Shown in pieces: positions 40,843 to 50,078 of a stretch of DNA of 64,000 nucleotides. This DNA comes from an uncultured Acidobacteriota bacterium (GTDB lineage Bacteria > Actinomycetota > Acidimicrobiia > Spongiisociales > ZC4RG35). The translations under genes and the position numbers were made by a program. The notes under the pieces are model-generated. The model searched no databases. It was given only the letters and a program-made list of their open reading frames with translations, and was not told where the DNA came from. How positions within the stretch are numbered: the stretch's first letter is position 1; every line of letters begins with the position of its first letter. The stretch is from assembly GCA_963810465.1 (NCBI GenBank), contig CAWENM010000003.1, forward strand, positions 128,259 through 192,258, written 5' to 3'.

Positions 40843-41918
40843 GCCGTGGCCCCGGCCTTCTCGGGCTCGGCGACGAGCGAGGCCACCCGGTCACCGACCT
40901 CGGTGGTGCTGATTCCCATCTCACCGGCACGCAGGGAGGGAAGCGAACCGGCGACCTCACCGACGGCGTTCTCGACGGCGTCGGCCGCCCCGACCTCGCC
41001 GAGGACACGAAGCATCATCCCGGCTGCGCCAATGGCGGCGAGGGGGTTGATGAGACCGGTTCCCTCGAACCCGGGGGCGGTGCCTCCGATTGGCTCGAAC
41101 ATGGAGACACCGTTGGGGTTGATGTTCGCCCCGGACGCGATGCCTAGTCCGCCCTGGATGGCGGCTGCGAGGTCAGTGATGATGTCGCCGAACATGTTGT
41201 CGGTCACGATGACGTCGAACCGGCCGGGATCCTCGACCATCCACAGACAGGTCGCATCGACATGGGCATAGGACGTCTCGACGTGTGGATATTCGGCGCC
41301 CACCTCCTGGAACACCCTCGACCACAGATCCCACGCATAGGTGAGCACATTGGTCTTGCCGCACATGGTGAGGTGTCTCCTGGGCCGGGTCGAAGCCAGA
41401 TCGAATGCGTACCGGATGCAACGCTCCACGGCGAAGCGGCTGTTGACCGACTGCTGGACAGCCACCTCGAACGGTGAGCCCTTGGCCGTGAACTCACCCT
41501 GGCCGGCATAGAGGCCCTCGCTGTTCTCCCTGACCACGACGAAGTCGACGTCCTCCGGGCGAACGTCGCGTAGCGGTCCATTGACGCCGGGATGGAGCTT
41601 GACGGGGCGCAGATTTATGAACTGGTCGAGCTCGCGGCGCATCCTCAGCAGAATGTCCTGCTCGAGAACACCTGGCGGCACGCCGGGATGTCCCACGGCA
41701 CCGAAGAGAATGGCGTCGGCGCTGCCCAATGCCTGAAGGTCGGCCCCCGTCAGCGTTTCGCTCGTGCGCAGATAACGCTCACCACCCAGGTCGAGCTCGT
41801 CGTATTCGATCTCGAAGCCGTGGACCTCCGCGGCCACGCCGAGGACCTTCACCGCCTCAGCTACTACCTCCGGTCCGGTCCCATCACCGGGAACTTTCGC
41901 TATGGAGTAGCTGCTCAT
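40839..41918 (-). CDS. leuB: 3-isopropylmalate dehydrogenase
   Basis: 359 aa isocitrate/isopropylmalate DH family, in leuA-leuB-leuCD context. Confidence 0.88.
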   Translation of the reverse strand: MSSYSIAKVPGDGTGPEVVAEAVKVLGVAAEVHGFEIEYDELDLGGERYLRTSETLTGADLQALGSADAILFGAVGHPGVPPGVLEQDILLRMRRELDQFINLRPVKLHPGVNGPLRDVRPEDVDFVVVRENSEGLYAGQGEFTAKGSPFEVAVQQSVNSRFAVERCIRYAFDLASTRPRRHLTMCGKTNVLTYAWDLWSRVFQEVGAEYPHVETSYAHVDATCLWMVEDPGRFDVIVTDNMFGDIITDLAAAIQGGLGIASGANINPNGVSMFEPIGGTAPGFEGTGLINPLAAIGAAGMMLRVLGEVGAADAVENAVGEVAGSLPSLRAGEMGISTTEVGDRVASLVAEPEKAGATA

Positions 41919-43111
41919 TCGAACGAGGCCGTGACCCCGTCGAGTACCTCGATCCCGGAGCTGACCTCCTCGACGATGGCCCGGATCTGATCCGGGGTCA
42001 CTTCGCCGGAACGGTCGGCAACCTCCTTCATCCGGGCGAAGGACGCCTCGAAGACGACGTCGCTCACCTCGATGCCGAGCTCGCCCAATGAATGCTTGAA
42101 GGCAGCACGTCCCGAGTGCTTCCCGATCACAATCACCGAGTTGCCCATCCCGACTGCCATCGGGTCCATTATCTCGTATGTGGTGCGCTCCCGGAGCACG
42201 CCGTGCTGGTGGATCCCCGACTCGTGGGCGAACGCATTGCGCCCGACCACGGCCTTGTTGAACTGGACGGGGTAACCGGTCTGTTCCGACACCAGTCTCG
42301 AGGTCTCGTAGATCTCCTCAGTGGTGACTCCGACGCCGACGCCGTATGCGTCGGCACGTACGCGCAACGCCATGACCACCTCCTCGATAGAGGTGTTGCC
42401 GGCGCGTTCGCCGATCCCGTTGATGGCCCCCTCCACCTGGCGAGCCCCGGCCTCGACTGCGGCGAGCGAGTTGGCAACAGCCAGGCCGAGATCGTTGTGA
42501 CAATGCGTGGAGACCACCACGTCGTCGCGGTCTCCCTTCACCTCGTCCACGACGCGTTTGATCAAGATCCCGTAGTCGCCTGGAGTGGCATATCCCACAG
42601 TGTCGGGGATGTTCACGGTGGTGGCGCCCGCCTCGACGGCCGCCTGGCAAACCGCCACCACGAAATCTGGATCGGAGCGGGTGGCATCCTCTGGCGAGTA
42701 CTCGACGTTCTCCGTGTAGTCGCGGGCTCGGCCCACATTGGCCTTGACGGTCGTGATCACCTCTTCCTCGTTCATGCGGAGCTTGTGCTGCATGTGGATG
42801 GCTGATGTGGCCAGGAACACGTGAATCCGGGGATCGGCGGCATGACGGATCGCCTCCCATGCGCGGTCCACGTCTTCGGCCTGGGCACGGGCCAGGGCCG
42901 CAATCGTCGGGCCCTGCACCTCCTGGGCGATGCGCGTCACCGCCCGGAAGTCCCCTGGCGAGGAGATCGGGAAACCGGCTTCGATGATGTCGACCCCCAG
43001 GCGAGCCAGTTGTGTGGCGATCGCCACCTTCTGGTCGGGGTCGAGGGCGATGCCGGGGGCCTGTTCGCCGTCTCTGAGTGTGCTGTCGAAAATCCTTACT
43101 CGGTCTTCCAT
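41915..43111 (-). CDS. short-form 2-isopropylmalate synthase / citramalate-homocitrate synthase family (DRE-TIM catalytic domain, no C-terminal LeuA regulatory domain)
   Basis: 398 aa, HMGL-like barrel (STLRDGEQ, HCHNDLG). Ends shortly after subdomain II. Operon position is that of leuA. Confidence 0.8.
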   Translation of the reverse strand: MEDRVRIFDSTLRDGEQAPGIALDPDQKVAIATQLARLGVDIIEAGFPISSPGDFRAVTRIAQEVQGPTIAALARAQAEDVDRAWEAIRHAADPRIHVFLATSAIHMQHKLRMNEEEVITTVKANVGRARDYTENVEYSPEDATRSDPDFVVAVCQAAVEAGATTVNIPDTVGYATPGDYGILIKRVVDEVKGDRDDVVVSTHCHNDLGLAVANSLAAVEAGARQVEGAINGIGERAGNTSIEEVVMALRVRADAYGVGVGVTTEEIYETSRLVSEQTGYPVQFNKAVVGRNAFAHESGIHQHGVLRERTTYEIMDPMAVGMGNSVIVIGKHSGRAAFKHSLGELGIEVSDVVFEASFARMKEVADRSGEVTPDQIRAIVEEVSSGIEVLDGVTASFE

Positions 43112-43171
43112 GGTCTCTCCTGAATCTCGTGGTCTCGTCTAGGCGCCGGTCTGCCCGTTGGGGCGTTCCGG

Positions 43172-43240
43172 CTAGATAAGAGCGAGGCCGAGAAGGCTCA
43201 GGAGGGTCAGGTGACGAAGGAAGGAGGCGGCGCGAGTCAT
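43172..43240 (-). CDS. Leu-rich leader peptide MTRAASFLRHLTLLSLLGLALI (8 Leu of 22 aa), start codon overlapping the ilvN stop (ATGA)
   Basis: My own translation of the minus strand between ilvN and the leuA-like gene. Not in the ORF track (<60 aa). Confidence 0.6.
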   Translation of the reverse strand: MTRAASFLRHLTLLSLLGLALI

Positions 43241-43746
43241 TTCCCGACTCCTGCCGTCACAGGGGCGGGACTCAACTCTGACTCCCGCTTCATGGCGATA
43301 CGACCCGACTTGACCAGGTCGATCACGCCATAGGGCCCCAGGTGCTCGAGGAACGTCCTCAGGTGCTGGGGGGTCCCGGCAACCTCGAAGGTCATTGCAG
43401 AAGAGCTGATGTCGATGACCCTGGCGTCGAAGAGTGAGGCGGTGTCTCGAACCTCGCCTCTCGTTGCCGGCTGGGCGCTGATCCGGATGATCATCACCTC
43501 CCGCTCCAATGCCTCGGCCGGCTCCATTTCCTGGACCTTGATCACATTGACCAGCTTGTTGAGCTGTTTCTTCAGCTGCTCTAGCTCCGGAGCATCGACG
43601 ACGAGCGTGATCCGGGATCGCCCGTCCTGATGAGTGGGGCCCACGGCCAGGGAGTGGATGTTGAAGCCCCGGTTGGAGAACATGGCCGAAATCCGGGCCA
43701 GGACGCCGGGCTTGTCCTCGACGAGCACGGTGAGGGTGTGCTGCAT
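43237..43746 (-). CDS. ilvN: acetolactate synthase small (regulatory) subunit
   Basis: ACT domain (LTVLVEDKPGVLARISAMFSNRGFNI) plus ALS_ss_C. Start ATG overlapping the ilvB stop. The track start is over-extended. Confidence 0.92.
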   Translation of the reverse strand: MQHTLTVLVEDKPGVLARISAMFSNRGFNIHSLAVGPTHQDGRSRITLVVDAPELEQLKKQLNKLVNVIKVQEMEPAEALEREVMIIRISAQPATRGEVRDTASLFDARVIDISSSAMTFEVAGTPQHLRTFLEHLGPYGVIDLVKSGRIAMKRESELSPAPVTAGVGK

Positions 43747-45482
43747 CAGAGCTCCTCGCGTCGCATCACGACACGGTCGTTCGAGCCGCCGGCGGGAACC
43801 ATCGGGAAGCACATCTCCTCGCCATCGACCACGACTTCGAGGACGACCGGTCGATCGTTGACGGAGAGGACCTTTTCGATGGCGTTGTCGATCTCAGCAG
43901 GGTGATCCACCCTCAGACCCACGCAACCCATCGCCTCGGCCAGCTTCGGATAGTCGGGATAGGTGAACCCGAGGTCCACCGCGGACAGACGACCTCCGTA
44001 GAACAGGTTCTGCCATTGCTTGACCATCCCGTAGCCGCCGTTGTTGAACACGATGATCTTGACCGGGATCTCCTCGGTGGTGGCGGTGATCAGTTCCTGG
44101 CATGTCATTTGGAAGCACCCATCGCCGTCCAGGGCGATGACCAAGTCGTCGGGTCTGGCCGCCTTGGCCCCGACCGCGGCGGGAACGGCGAATCCCATCG
44201 TCCCCAGACCGCCGGAGTTCACCCAGGATCGCGGCTTCTGGAATCCCCAGAACTGTGATGCCCACATCTGGTGTTGACCGACCCCGGCGGCGACCACGGC
44301 CTCTCCGCCGGTGATGGCGTAGAGCCGCTCGATGAAGTGTTGGACCTTGATCGGGCCATCAGGATCCTGTTCATAGGCGAGGGGGTACTGCTCCTTCCAA
44401 CGGCCGAGCTGGGCGAACCAGTCCTCGCGGGCCGGGGCGTCGGCGGCGTCGCGCCGGGCGCTCAGGCCGGCGAGCAGATCGACAAGCACCGAACGTGCGT
44501 CACCGACGATGGGGACGTCGGCGGCCCGCACTTTTCCAATCTCGGCGGGGTCGACGTCGACGTGGATGATCTTGGCGTGGGGGGCGAAAGCGTTCGGGTC
44601 GCCGGTGACCCGATCATCGAATCGTGCTCCGAGGCTGACCAAGACGTCGGATTTCTGGATGGCGGTGGTGGCGGTGTACAGCCCGTGCATCCCGGGCATA
44701 CCCAGTGCGAGGGGATGGTCGTCCGGGATTGCACCCCTGGCCATCAGAGTCGTGACGACGGGGGCATTGACGGCTTCGGCGAAGGCCAGCAACTCGGGCG
44801 CCGCCCCGGCCTTGATCACCCCGCCGCCCACGTAGAGCACAGGGCGCTCGGCCTGCTCGATCATGTCGAGGGCGGCCCGGATCTGCATCGGGTGCCCCGA
44901 GACGGTGGGCTTGTAGCCGGGGAGGTTGTGCAGATGTGGTTCCCGCCAGGTGGTGACCTGGTTGAGTACGTCCTTGGGGATGTCGACGAGGACCGGACCT
45001 GGCCTTCCGGTGGAGGCGAGGTGGAATGCCTCGTGAATCAGGTTCGGGATGTCGTCGGCGTCGGTAACCATGTACGAGTGCTTCGTGCAATGCATGGCGA
45101 GACCGGTCGTGTACGCCTCCTGGAAGGCGTCACTCCCGATCGCTGATGTGGGGACCTGCCCGGTGATGGCGACGATCGGCGTCGAATCCATCAGGGCGTT
45201 CTGCAGTGGAGTGATCAGATTGGTCGCTCCGGGCCCGGAGGTAGCCATCACCACGCCCACCAGTCCAGTGGCCTGGGCAAAGCCCTCGGCCATGTGCCCG
45301 GCGCCCTGCTCGTGCCGGGCCAGCACATGCCTTATTGGACTGTCAAGGAGGGGGTCGTAGGCGGGGAGAATGGCACCTCCGGGCACGCCGAAAATGATCT
45401 CGACACCTTCATGCTCGAGGCTACGAAGGAGCGAGTGTGATCCGGTGAAGTTGGTTGGTTCTGTCATGGTGTCGGGAAACAA
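43746..45482 (-). CDS. ilvB: acetolactate synthase large (catalytic) subunit
   Basis: 578 aa ThDP-dependent (TPP_enzyme N/M/C). Start is either TTG at 45482 (SD GGAGGG 5 nt upstream, within the terminator arm) or ATG at 45467. Confidence 0.95.
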   Translation of the reverse strand: MFPDTMTEPTNFTGSHSLLRSLEHEGVEIIFGVPGGAILPAYDPLLDSPIRHVLARHEQGAGHMAEGFAQATGLVGVVMATSGPGATNLITPLQNALMDSTPIVAITGQVPTSAIGSDAFQEAYTTGLAMHCTKHSYMVTDADDIPNLIHEAFHLASTGRPGPVLVDIPKDVLNQVTTWREPHLHNLPGYKPTVSGHPMQIRAALDMIEQAERPVLYVGGGVIKAGAAPELLAFAEAVNAPVVTTLMARGAIPDDHPLALGMPGMHGLYTATTAIQKSDVLVSLGARFDDRVTGDPNAFAPHAKIIHVDVDPAEIGKVRAADVPIVGDARSVLVDLLAGLSARRDAADAPAREDWFAQLGRWKEQYPLAYEQDPDGPIKVQHFIERLYAITGGEAVVAAGVGQHQMWASQFWGFQKPRSWVNSGGLGTMGFAVPAAVGAKAARPDDLVIALDGDGCFQMTCQELITATTEEIPVKIIVFNNGGYGMVKQWQNLFYGGRLSAVDLGFTYPDYPKLAEAMGCVGLRVDHPAEIDNAIEKVLSVNDRPVVLEVVVDGEEMCFPMVPAGGSNDRVVMRREEL

Positions 45483-45505
45483 AAAACCCTCCGGGGTGGA
45501 GGGTC
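45481..45505 (-). terminator. intrinsic terminator (attenuator) immediately upstream of ilvB: CCCTCCACCCCGGAGGG + UUUUUUGUUU
   Basis: 7-bp G/C stem followed by a U-run on the minus-strand transcript, located between the leader peptide stop and the ilvB start. Confidence 0.65.
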
Positions 45506-45532
45506 GAGCGCACGCAGGTCTGTTTGCGCGCG

Positions 45533-45613
45533 CTACACGATAAGAAGGAGTACGTCGGCGGCGGCGAACAACTGTCTCACGTGTTTCTCAGTAAACAACT
45601 TGCCCGTACTCAT
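45533..45613 (-). CDS. branched-chain amino acid leader peptide MSTGKLFTEKHVRQLFAAADVLLLIV
   Basis: 26 aa ending VLLLIV-stop, 28 nt upstream of the terminator hairpin. Visible as the C-terminus of track ORF 45533..46159(-). Confidence 0.55.
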   Translation of the reverse strand: MSTGKLFTEKHVRQLFAAADVLLLIV

Positions 45614-45651
45614 GTCAAGAACATCGGGCGATGTCGGCGTTTCCTGAACCG

Positions 45652-45700
45652 TTCTGGCGCGGAGAATGTCGACGTATAGACCGACGTCTTCGCGCCAAAA
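45652..45700. repeat. REP-like element, long variant: TTCTGGCGCG-[29-nt insert]-CGCGCCAAAA
   Basis: Same 10-nt flanks as the 27-mers at 8877 and 22671, with an internal partially palindromic insert. In the ilvB-leader/ROK-kinase divergent region. Confidence 0.6.
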
Positions 45701-45707
45701 TGGGGGG

Positions 45708-46583
45708 ATGGCCAGGTACGGGGCGGTAGAGATCGGGGGGACGAAGACCTCGTGCGTGGTCGGCTCATCGCCGGATGATCTTTTGGAGATGATCACCTTT
45801 CCGACCACCGAACCCGCGGAGACCTTGGGGCAGGTGATCGAGTACTTGCGGGCGGAGTCGCCGGACGCTGTCGGAATAGCCGCTTTCGGGCCATTGGACC
45901 TCGTTGGCGGGCGCGTCGGCGTGACTCCAAAGGAGGGCTGGTCGGGAGCCGATCTCCTGGGCCCGGTCATGGATGTCTTGGAGGTCCCAATCGGTCTCGA
46001 CACCGACGTCACCGGGGCGGCTTTGGGTGAGAGCCGGTGGGGTGCCGCCCTGGGATTGCGCACGTTTGTATATGTCACCGTTGGCACGGGAATCGGTGGT
46101 GGTGCCATCGTCGATGGCGCGGCGATCCACGGGCTGGGACATCCCGAGATGGGCCACATCTCGGTGCGACGTCACCCCGATGACGATTACTCCGGCATCT
46201 GCCGGCTGCACGGTGACTGTCTCGAGGGGCTAGCCAGCGGCCCAGCGATCGAGGGACGCTTCGCGATCCCGGGCGAATCTCTCTCGGGAGCAGATCTAAC
46301 CATGGCTGTGGAGTTCGAGGCCTTCTATCTCGCCCAGATGATGCGGAACCTTGTCTACATCCTCGCCCCGGAGCGGGTGATCGTGGGCGGTGGCGTCTCG
46401 CGTCTTCCCGGACTGCTCGACCTGGTCAATCGGCGGTTGGTCGCCGAGCTCTCCGGCTACCCGGGACTCCCCGAGCACGATTCGGGTTTCGTCGTGCCAC
46501 CCGGATTGGGCGACATGTCCGGCCTGGCCGGAGGACTCGTCCTCGCCGAGCGGGTGCTACAGACCCCTAGGTCGTCCGGGTGA
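45708..46583 (+). CDS. ROK-family sugar kinase (glucokinase/fructokinase type, no HTH)
   Basis: N-terminal EIGGTKT, ROK zinc motif region (GHPEMGHISV...CRLHGDC). Confidence 0.82.
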   Translation: MARYGAVEIGGTKTSCVVGSSPDDLLEMITFPTTEPAETLGQVIEYLRAESPDAVGIAAFGPLDLVGGRVGVTPKEGWSGADLLGPVMDVLEVPIGLDTDVTGAALGESRWGAALGLRTFVYVTVGTGIGGGAIVDGAAIHGLGHPEMGHISVRRHPDDDYSGICRLHGDCLEGLASGPAIEGRFAIPGESLSGADLTMAVEFEAFYLAQMMRNLVYILAPERVIVGGGVSRLPGLLDLVNRRLVAELSGYPGLPEHDSGFVVPPGLGDMSGLAGGLVLAERVLQTPRSSG

Positions 46584-47586
46584 CCTTGTGCAGGCCCCGG
46601 GGTTGCTCGGGATCCAGGCCCTTGGCCAGAGTCAGGTGGTAGGCGAACAGCTGGCCGAGCACCACGGCGGGGATAGGGGACAACCACTCGTCGACCCCCG
46701 GCTCGAGCTCGAGATGGCCGGGCTCCAACTCCGGCAGCCTGGCGTCGTTGCCAATCACAACCAGGGAAGCCCCGGCATTCTTGCACCGGCGCAGCACGTC
46801 GATGACATCATCGATGGCCGGCCCGCGAGCGGCGATGGCGAGCACCGGGTATCCCGGTTCGAGGACTGCGATCGGACCATGAAGAAAGTCGGCGGTGGAG
46901 AACGGCTGAGCCACGACCTGGGTCAGCTCCTGGAGCTTCAGGGCCCACTCGAAAGCGGTTGCCTGGTTGAAACCACGACCCAGCACTGCGCAGTACTCGA
47001 TCCCGGCATGGGCCACAGCCGACTCCGCTGCTCGTCCCTCCTGGTCGAGGGCGTGCTCGACCAGTGAAGGCAGCCCCTCAAGGCCGGCGGCCGTTCCGGA
47101 CATCGCTTCCGAGATCAACGCGACGGCGACCAGTTGGGCGGTGTAGGTCTTCGTCGCGGCCACCGCTCTTTCCTCACCCGCGTGGAGGTCTATGACGACG
47201 TCGGCAACCTCGGCGAGGGGAGAGTCGGGCTCGTTGGTGATGGCGACGGTGGGCCGACCTTGATCCCGGCCTTCCTCGAGGACCGAGACGATGTCGGGCG
47301 ACTCACCACTCTGGGAGATCCCGACCACCAAGGCTCCGTCGAGGCGGGGTGGACGGTCGTATACCGAGAACAACGACGGTGTGGTGAGACCGACCGAAAG
47401 CCCGTTCCGCGTGCCCCACACATACTGGGCGTACCTCCCGGCATTGTCCGAGGTGCCGCGCGCCGCGATCACGGCGTGGGTGCAATCTGAGGCGAGGCCC
47501 GCCACCCGCCGCGCCGGCTCGGCGTTGACGGCGGTGGTGTGGGCAATGACGTCGGGCTGCTCCCTGATCTCCTCGAGAAGTCCCAT
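46567..47586 (-). CDS. tandem SIS-domain sugar-phosphate isomerase/deaminase (GlmS-C-terminal-like; putative GlcN6P deaminase/AgaS type)
   Basis: Two SIS domains (SGESPD, ERAVAATKTYT). Confidence 0.75.
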   Translation of the reverse strand: MGLLEEIREQPDVIAHTTAVNAEPARRVAGLASDCTHAVIAARGTSDNAGRYAQYVWGTRNGLSVGLTTPSLFSVYDRPPRLDGALVVGISQSGESPDIVSVLEEGRDQGRPTVAITNEPDSPLAEVADVVIDLHAGEERAVAATKTYTAQLVAVALISEAMSGTAAGLEGLPSLVEHALDQEGRAAESAVAHAGIEYCAVLGRGFNQATAFEWALKLQELTQVVAQPFSTADFLHGPIAVLEPGYPVLAIAARGPAIDDVIDVLRRCKNAGASLVVIGNDARLPELEPGHLELEPGVDEWLSPIPAVVLGQLFAYHLTLAKGLDPEQPRGLHKVTRTT

Positions 47587-48491
47587 CAGAGCCCGCCCGC
47601 CAGGCCGAGGAGTCGTGCCGGGTTGATCGAGGCACAGGCGCGAGCCTGGTCCTCGGTGGCCGTGGTCCAGCTGTGGAGATTGGCCACTGCCTGGTCCATG
47701 GTCAGGGTGCTCCCGGCGAGGATCGAGCGCCCGATCCGCGGACCTTCGGGGCCGACGAAGACCTCCCGGTCGCCGAGGATGTAGATCCCTTCACCAAGTC
47801 CGGTGGCCTGCATCGCATCGGTTGCGAGGACGAATCGCTCCGGGCCGAGAAGCTCCCAGGCGAGGCGGACTGCGGCCGGATCGGCATGAATCCCGTCGAC
47901 GATCACCCCGCAGGGGCGGTCGGAGAGCAAGGCGGCTCCGACCAGACCCGGGGAACGGTGGTGGAAGGGGCTCATCTGGTTGAACAGATGGGTCACGTTC
48001 GACCATGGGCCATCGAGGGCACGGGATGCCGTCTCGAAGTCTGCTCCGCTGTGCCCTGCCGACACCACAATCCCGGCGTCGGAGAGGATCACGGCAGTTT
48101 CGAAGGCCCGGTCCAACTCCGGGGCGAGAGTCAGCATCTTCACCGCACCCGATTCGGCCCAACGCTGGGCCACTCCGGGGTCGGGGAGTCGGAGATGATC
48201 GGGGTTGTGTGCTCCCTTCCAGTCCGGCGAGATCCAGGGCCCCTCGATGTGAAGTCCGGCCGGATGGGCGCCGTCATAGCCCTCGGGCGGCCCGGAACGC
48301 ATGACCTCGATGGCGGCATCGACGAAGTCGTAAGGCGCGGACACGATGGTGGGGAGAAATCCGGTGACACCGGTTTCCGGGAGATGACGACCGACTTCCC
48401 AGATGCTGGACGGGTCGGCCGTGAAGTCGTGACCCCAGCCACCGTTGATTTGGACATCGATGAATCCGGAAGCCGAGTCACTTTCCGTCAT
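47586..48491 (-). CDS. nagA: N-acetylglucosamine-6-phosphate deacetylase, minimal form lacking the beta-sandwich small domain
   Basis: 301 aa. Begins at the FIDVQINGGWGHDF metal-binding motif, has the full TIM-barrel amidohydrolase core, ends at ...INPARLLGLAGGL. Start overlaps the GH3 stop (ATGA), so the truncation is not a window artefact. Confidence 0.75.
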   Translation of the reverse strand: MTESDSASGFIDVQINGGWGHDFTADPSSIWEVGRHLPETGVTGFLPTIVSAPYDFVDAAIEVMRSGPPEGYDGAHPAGLHIEGPWISPDWKGAHNPDHLRLPDPGVAQRWAESGAVKMLTLAPELDRAFETAVILSDAGIVVSAGHSGADFETASRALDGPWSNVTHLFNQMSPFHHRSPGLVGAALLSDRPCGVIVDGIHADPAAVRLAWELLGPERFVLATDAMQATGLGEGIYILGDREVFVGPEGPRIGRSILAGSTLTMDQAVANLHSWTTATEDQARACASINPARLLGLAGGL

Positions 48492-50059
48492 GTCTCTATG
48501 CCGTGTCCGTGCGGATAGAGCCCGGGGATGGCTGCCGGCAGATGACCCTTGAATGGGATGTCACCGAACAGGGCGGAGGTCAGGGCGTCGAGCGACGACC
48601 GGTGCGAGCTGTAGGTGCAAATGTGGGTGGCAGAGCTCGGGTAGGCCGAGAGATCGAACGGAGTACGCAAGGCCACGGTGACCAGCGCCTTTCCCAACTG
48701 AAGTAGGGCCAAGGCGAGATCCACCTGCCCCGGCGTGGCGGTGACAGTCCCCAAGATGATCAGGTCATGGTCCCTCGCCTTCTCCACAATTGCTGCGATT
48801 TCGCTCCGCTCCGGATGGTGGGAGTAGACGACATCGGTGACATCGGGGTATCTGGCCCGCAGGGCCGCTGCCAGTTGCGGGGCATAGAGGGCGGTGGTGT
48901 CCGCTGGGGTGACGTTGACCGGCTCCGGTTCTAGAGAGAGGATGCGTCGGCCGGGCTCCACTCCAAGCGGGATCAGGGAGTCGTCATTGCGGACCAGGGT
49001 GACCGACTCCTGAGCCAGACGCTTGGCCAGCTCGAGGTGATCCGGCGAGCCCACTATCTCCGGCCGCATCTCATTGGAGGGCAGCGAGCCGCGCAGACGC
49101 TCCACCCTGGCAACCGCAGCCTTCAGGGTGTCGTCGGAGATCAGCCCTCTGGAATGACCCCGTTCCACCGCCATCCGCGCCCGCGCCTGGAGCTCAGGGT
49201 CGGGCATGCAGAGGAGGAGATCTGTTCCGGCCCGCATCATGGCGATGATCTCGACCACCTGGGATGGGCCCTGGTCGAGTGCCCCCATGTCGAGTGCATC
49301 CGAGATCACCAGACCGTCGAACTTGAGCTCCGACCTGACGAAGCCATTGATCCCGGCCTCCGAGGCGCAAATGGAGACATCGGGGCTGCCGGTGAGGGCA
49401 GGCACCAACTGATGGGCGACCATCAACAGCTCCGCCCCGGCGGCGATCCCCGACTGGAAGGGACGCAATTCGACTTGCTCCAGCCGCTCCCGGTCGAGGT
49501 CCAATCGGGGGAGCTCGTAATGGGGGTCGACGGCGGCTTCACCGCTGCCCGGGAAATGCTTGAGGGTGGCGAGGACTCCGGTGCTGATGTATCCGGCGAC
49601 CATGGCGCCGACCAGCCGGGCGACCAGCTCAGGGTCGTCCCCGAACGACCTGATCCCGAGTGACGGGTTGTCAGCACGTGTGGCGACGTCGGCAACAGGG
49701 GCGTAATTGACGTTGATCCCGACCGCGGCCAGCTCCCGGCCCATGGCAACGGCCACCTGAGAGGCAAGGTCGACATCACCTGTGGCCCCGATCGCCATGT
49801 TCCCGGCGAATTCAGTGGACCCGGTGAGCCCTATCAGTTGCCCGCCCTCCTGGTCGACTGCGATGAGGAGGGGAAGCGGCGAGGAGTTCGCATCCTGCAA
49901 TGCCGAGGTGAGTTCGGCCACCTGGTCCGGGGAGGTCATGTTCCATTCCCGGAACAGGGTGACGCCGGCAGGCGGAGACTCGTGGAGACGATTACGGAGC
50001 CAGTCGGGGACCTCGGTCCCCTCGAAAGCCAGCATCAGATGCGGGTCGGCGACGCTCAT
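48488..50059 (-). CDS. glycoside hydrolase family 3 beta-N-acetylhexosaminidase (NagZ-like, two-domain)
   Basis: 523 aa, GH3 N-terminal (KHFPGSG...) and C-terminal domains. Confidence 0.85.
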   Translation of the reverse strand: MSVADPHLMLAFEGTEVPDWLRNRLHESPPAGVTLFREWNMTSPDQVAELTSALQDANSSPLPLLIAVDQEGGQLIGLTGSTEFAGNMAIGATGDVDLASQVAVAMGRELAAVGINVNYAPVADVATRADNPSLGIRSFGDDPELVARLVGAMVAGYISTGVLATLKHFPGSGEAAVDPHYELPRLDLDRERLEQVELRPFQSGIAAGAELLMVAHQLVPALTGSPDVSICASEAGINGFVRSELKFDGLVISDALDMGALDQGPSQVVEIIAMMRAGTDLLLCMPDPELQARARMAVERGHSRGLISDDTLKAAVARVERLRGSLPSNEMRPEIVGSPDHLELAKRLAQESVTLVRNDDSLIPLGVEPGRRILSLEPEPVNVTPADTTALYAPQLAAALRARYPDVTDVVYSHHPERSEIAAIVEKARDHDLIILGTVTATPGQVDLALALLQLGKALVTVALRTPFDLSAYPSSATHICTYSSHRSSLDALTSALFGDIPFKGHLPAAIPGLYPHGHGIET

Positions 50060-50078
50060 TTCGACCGGGGGCGGGGCC

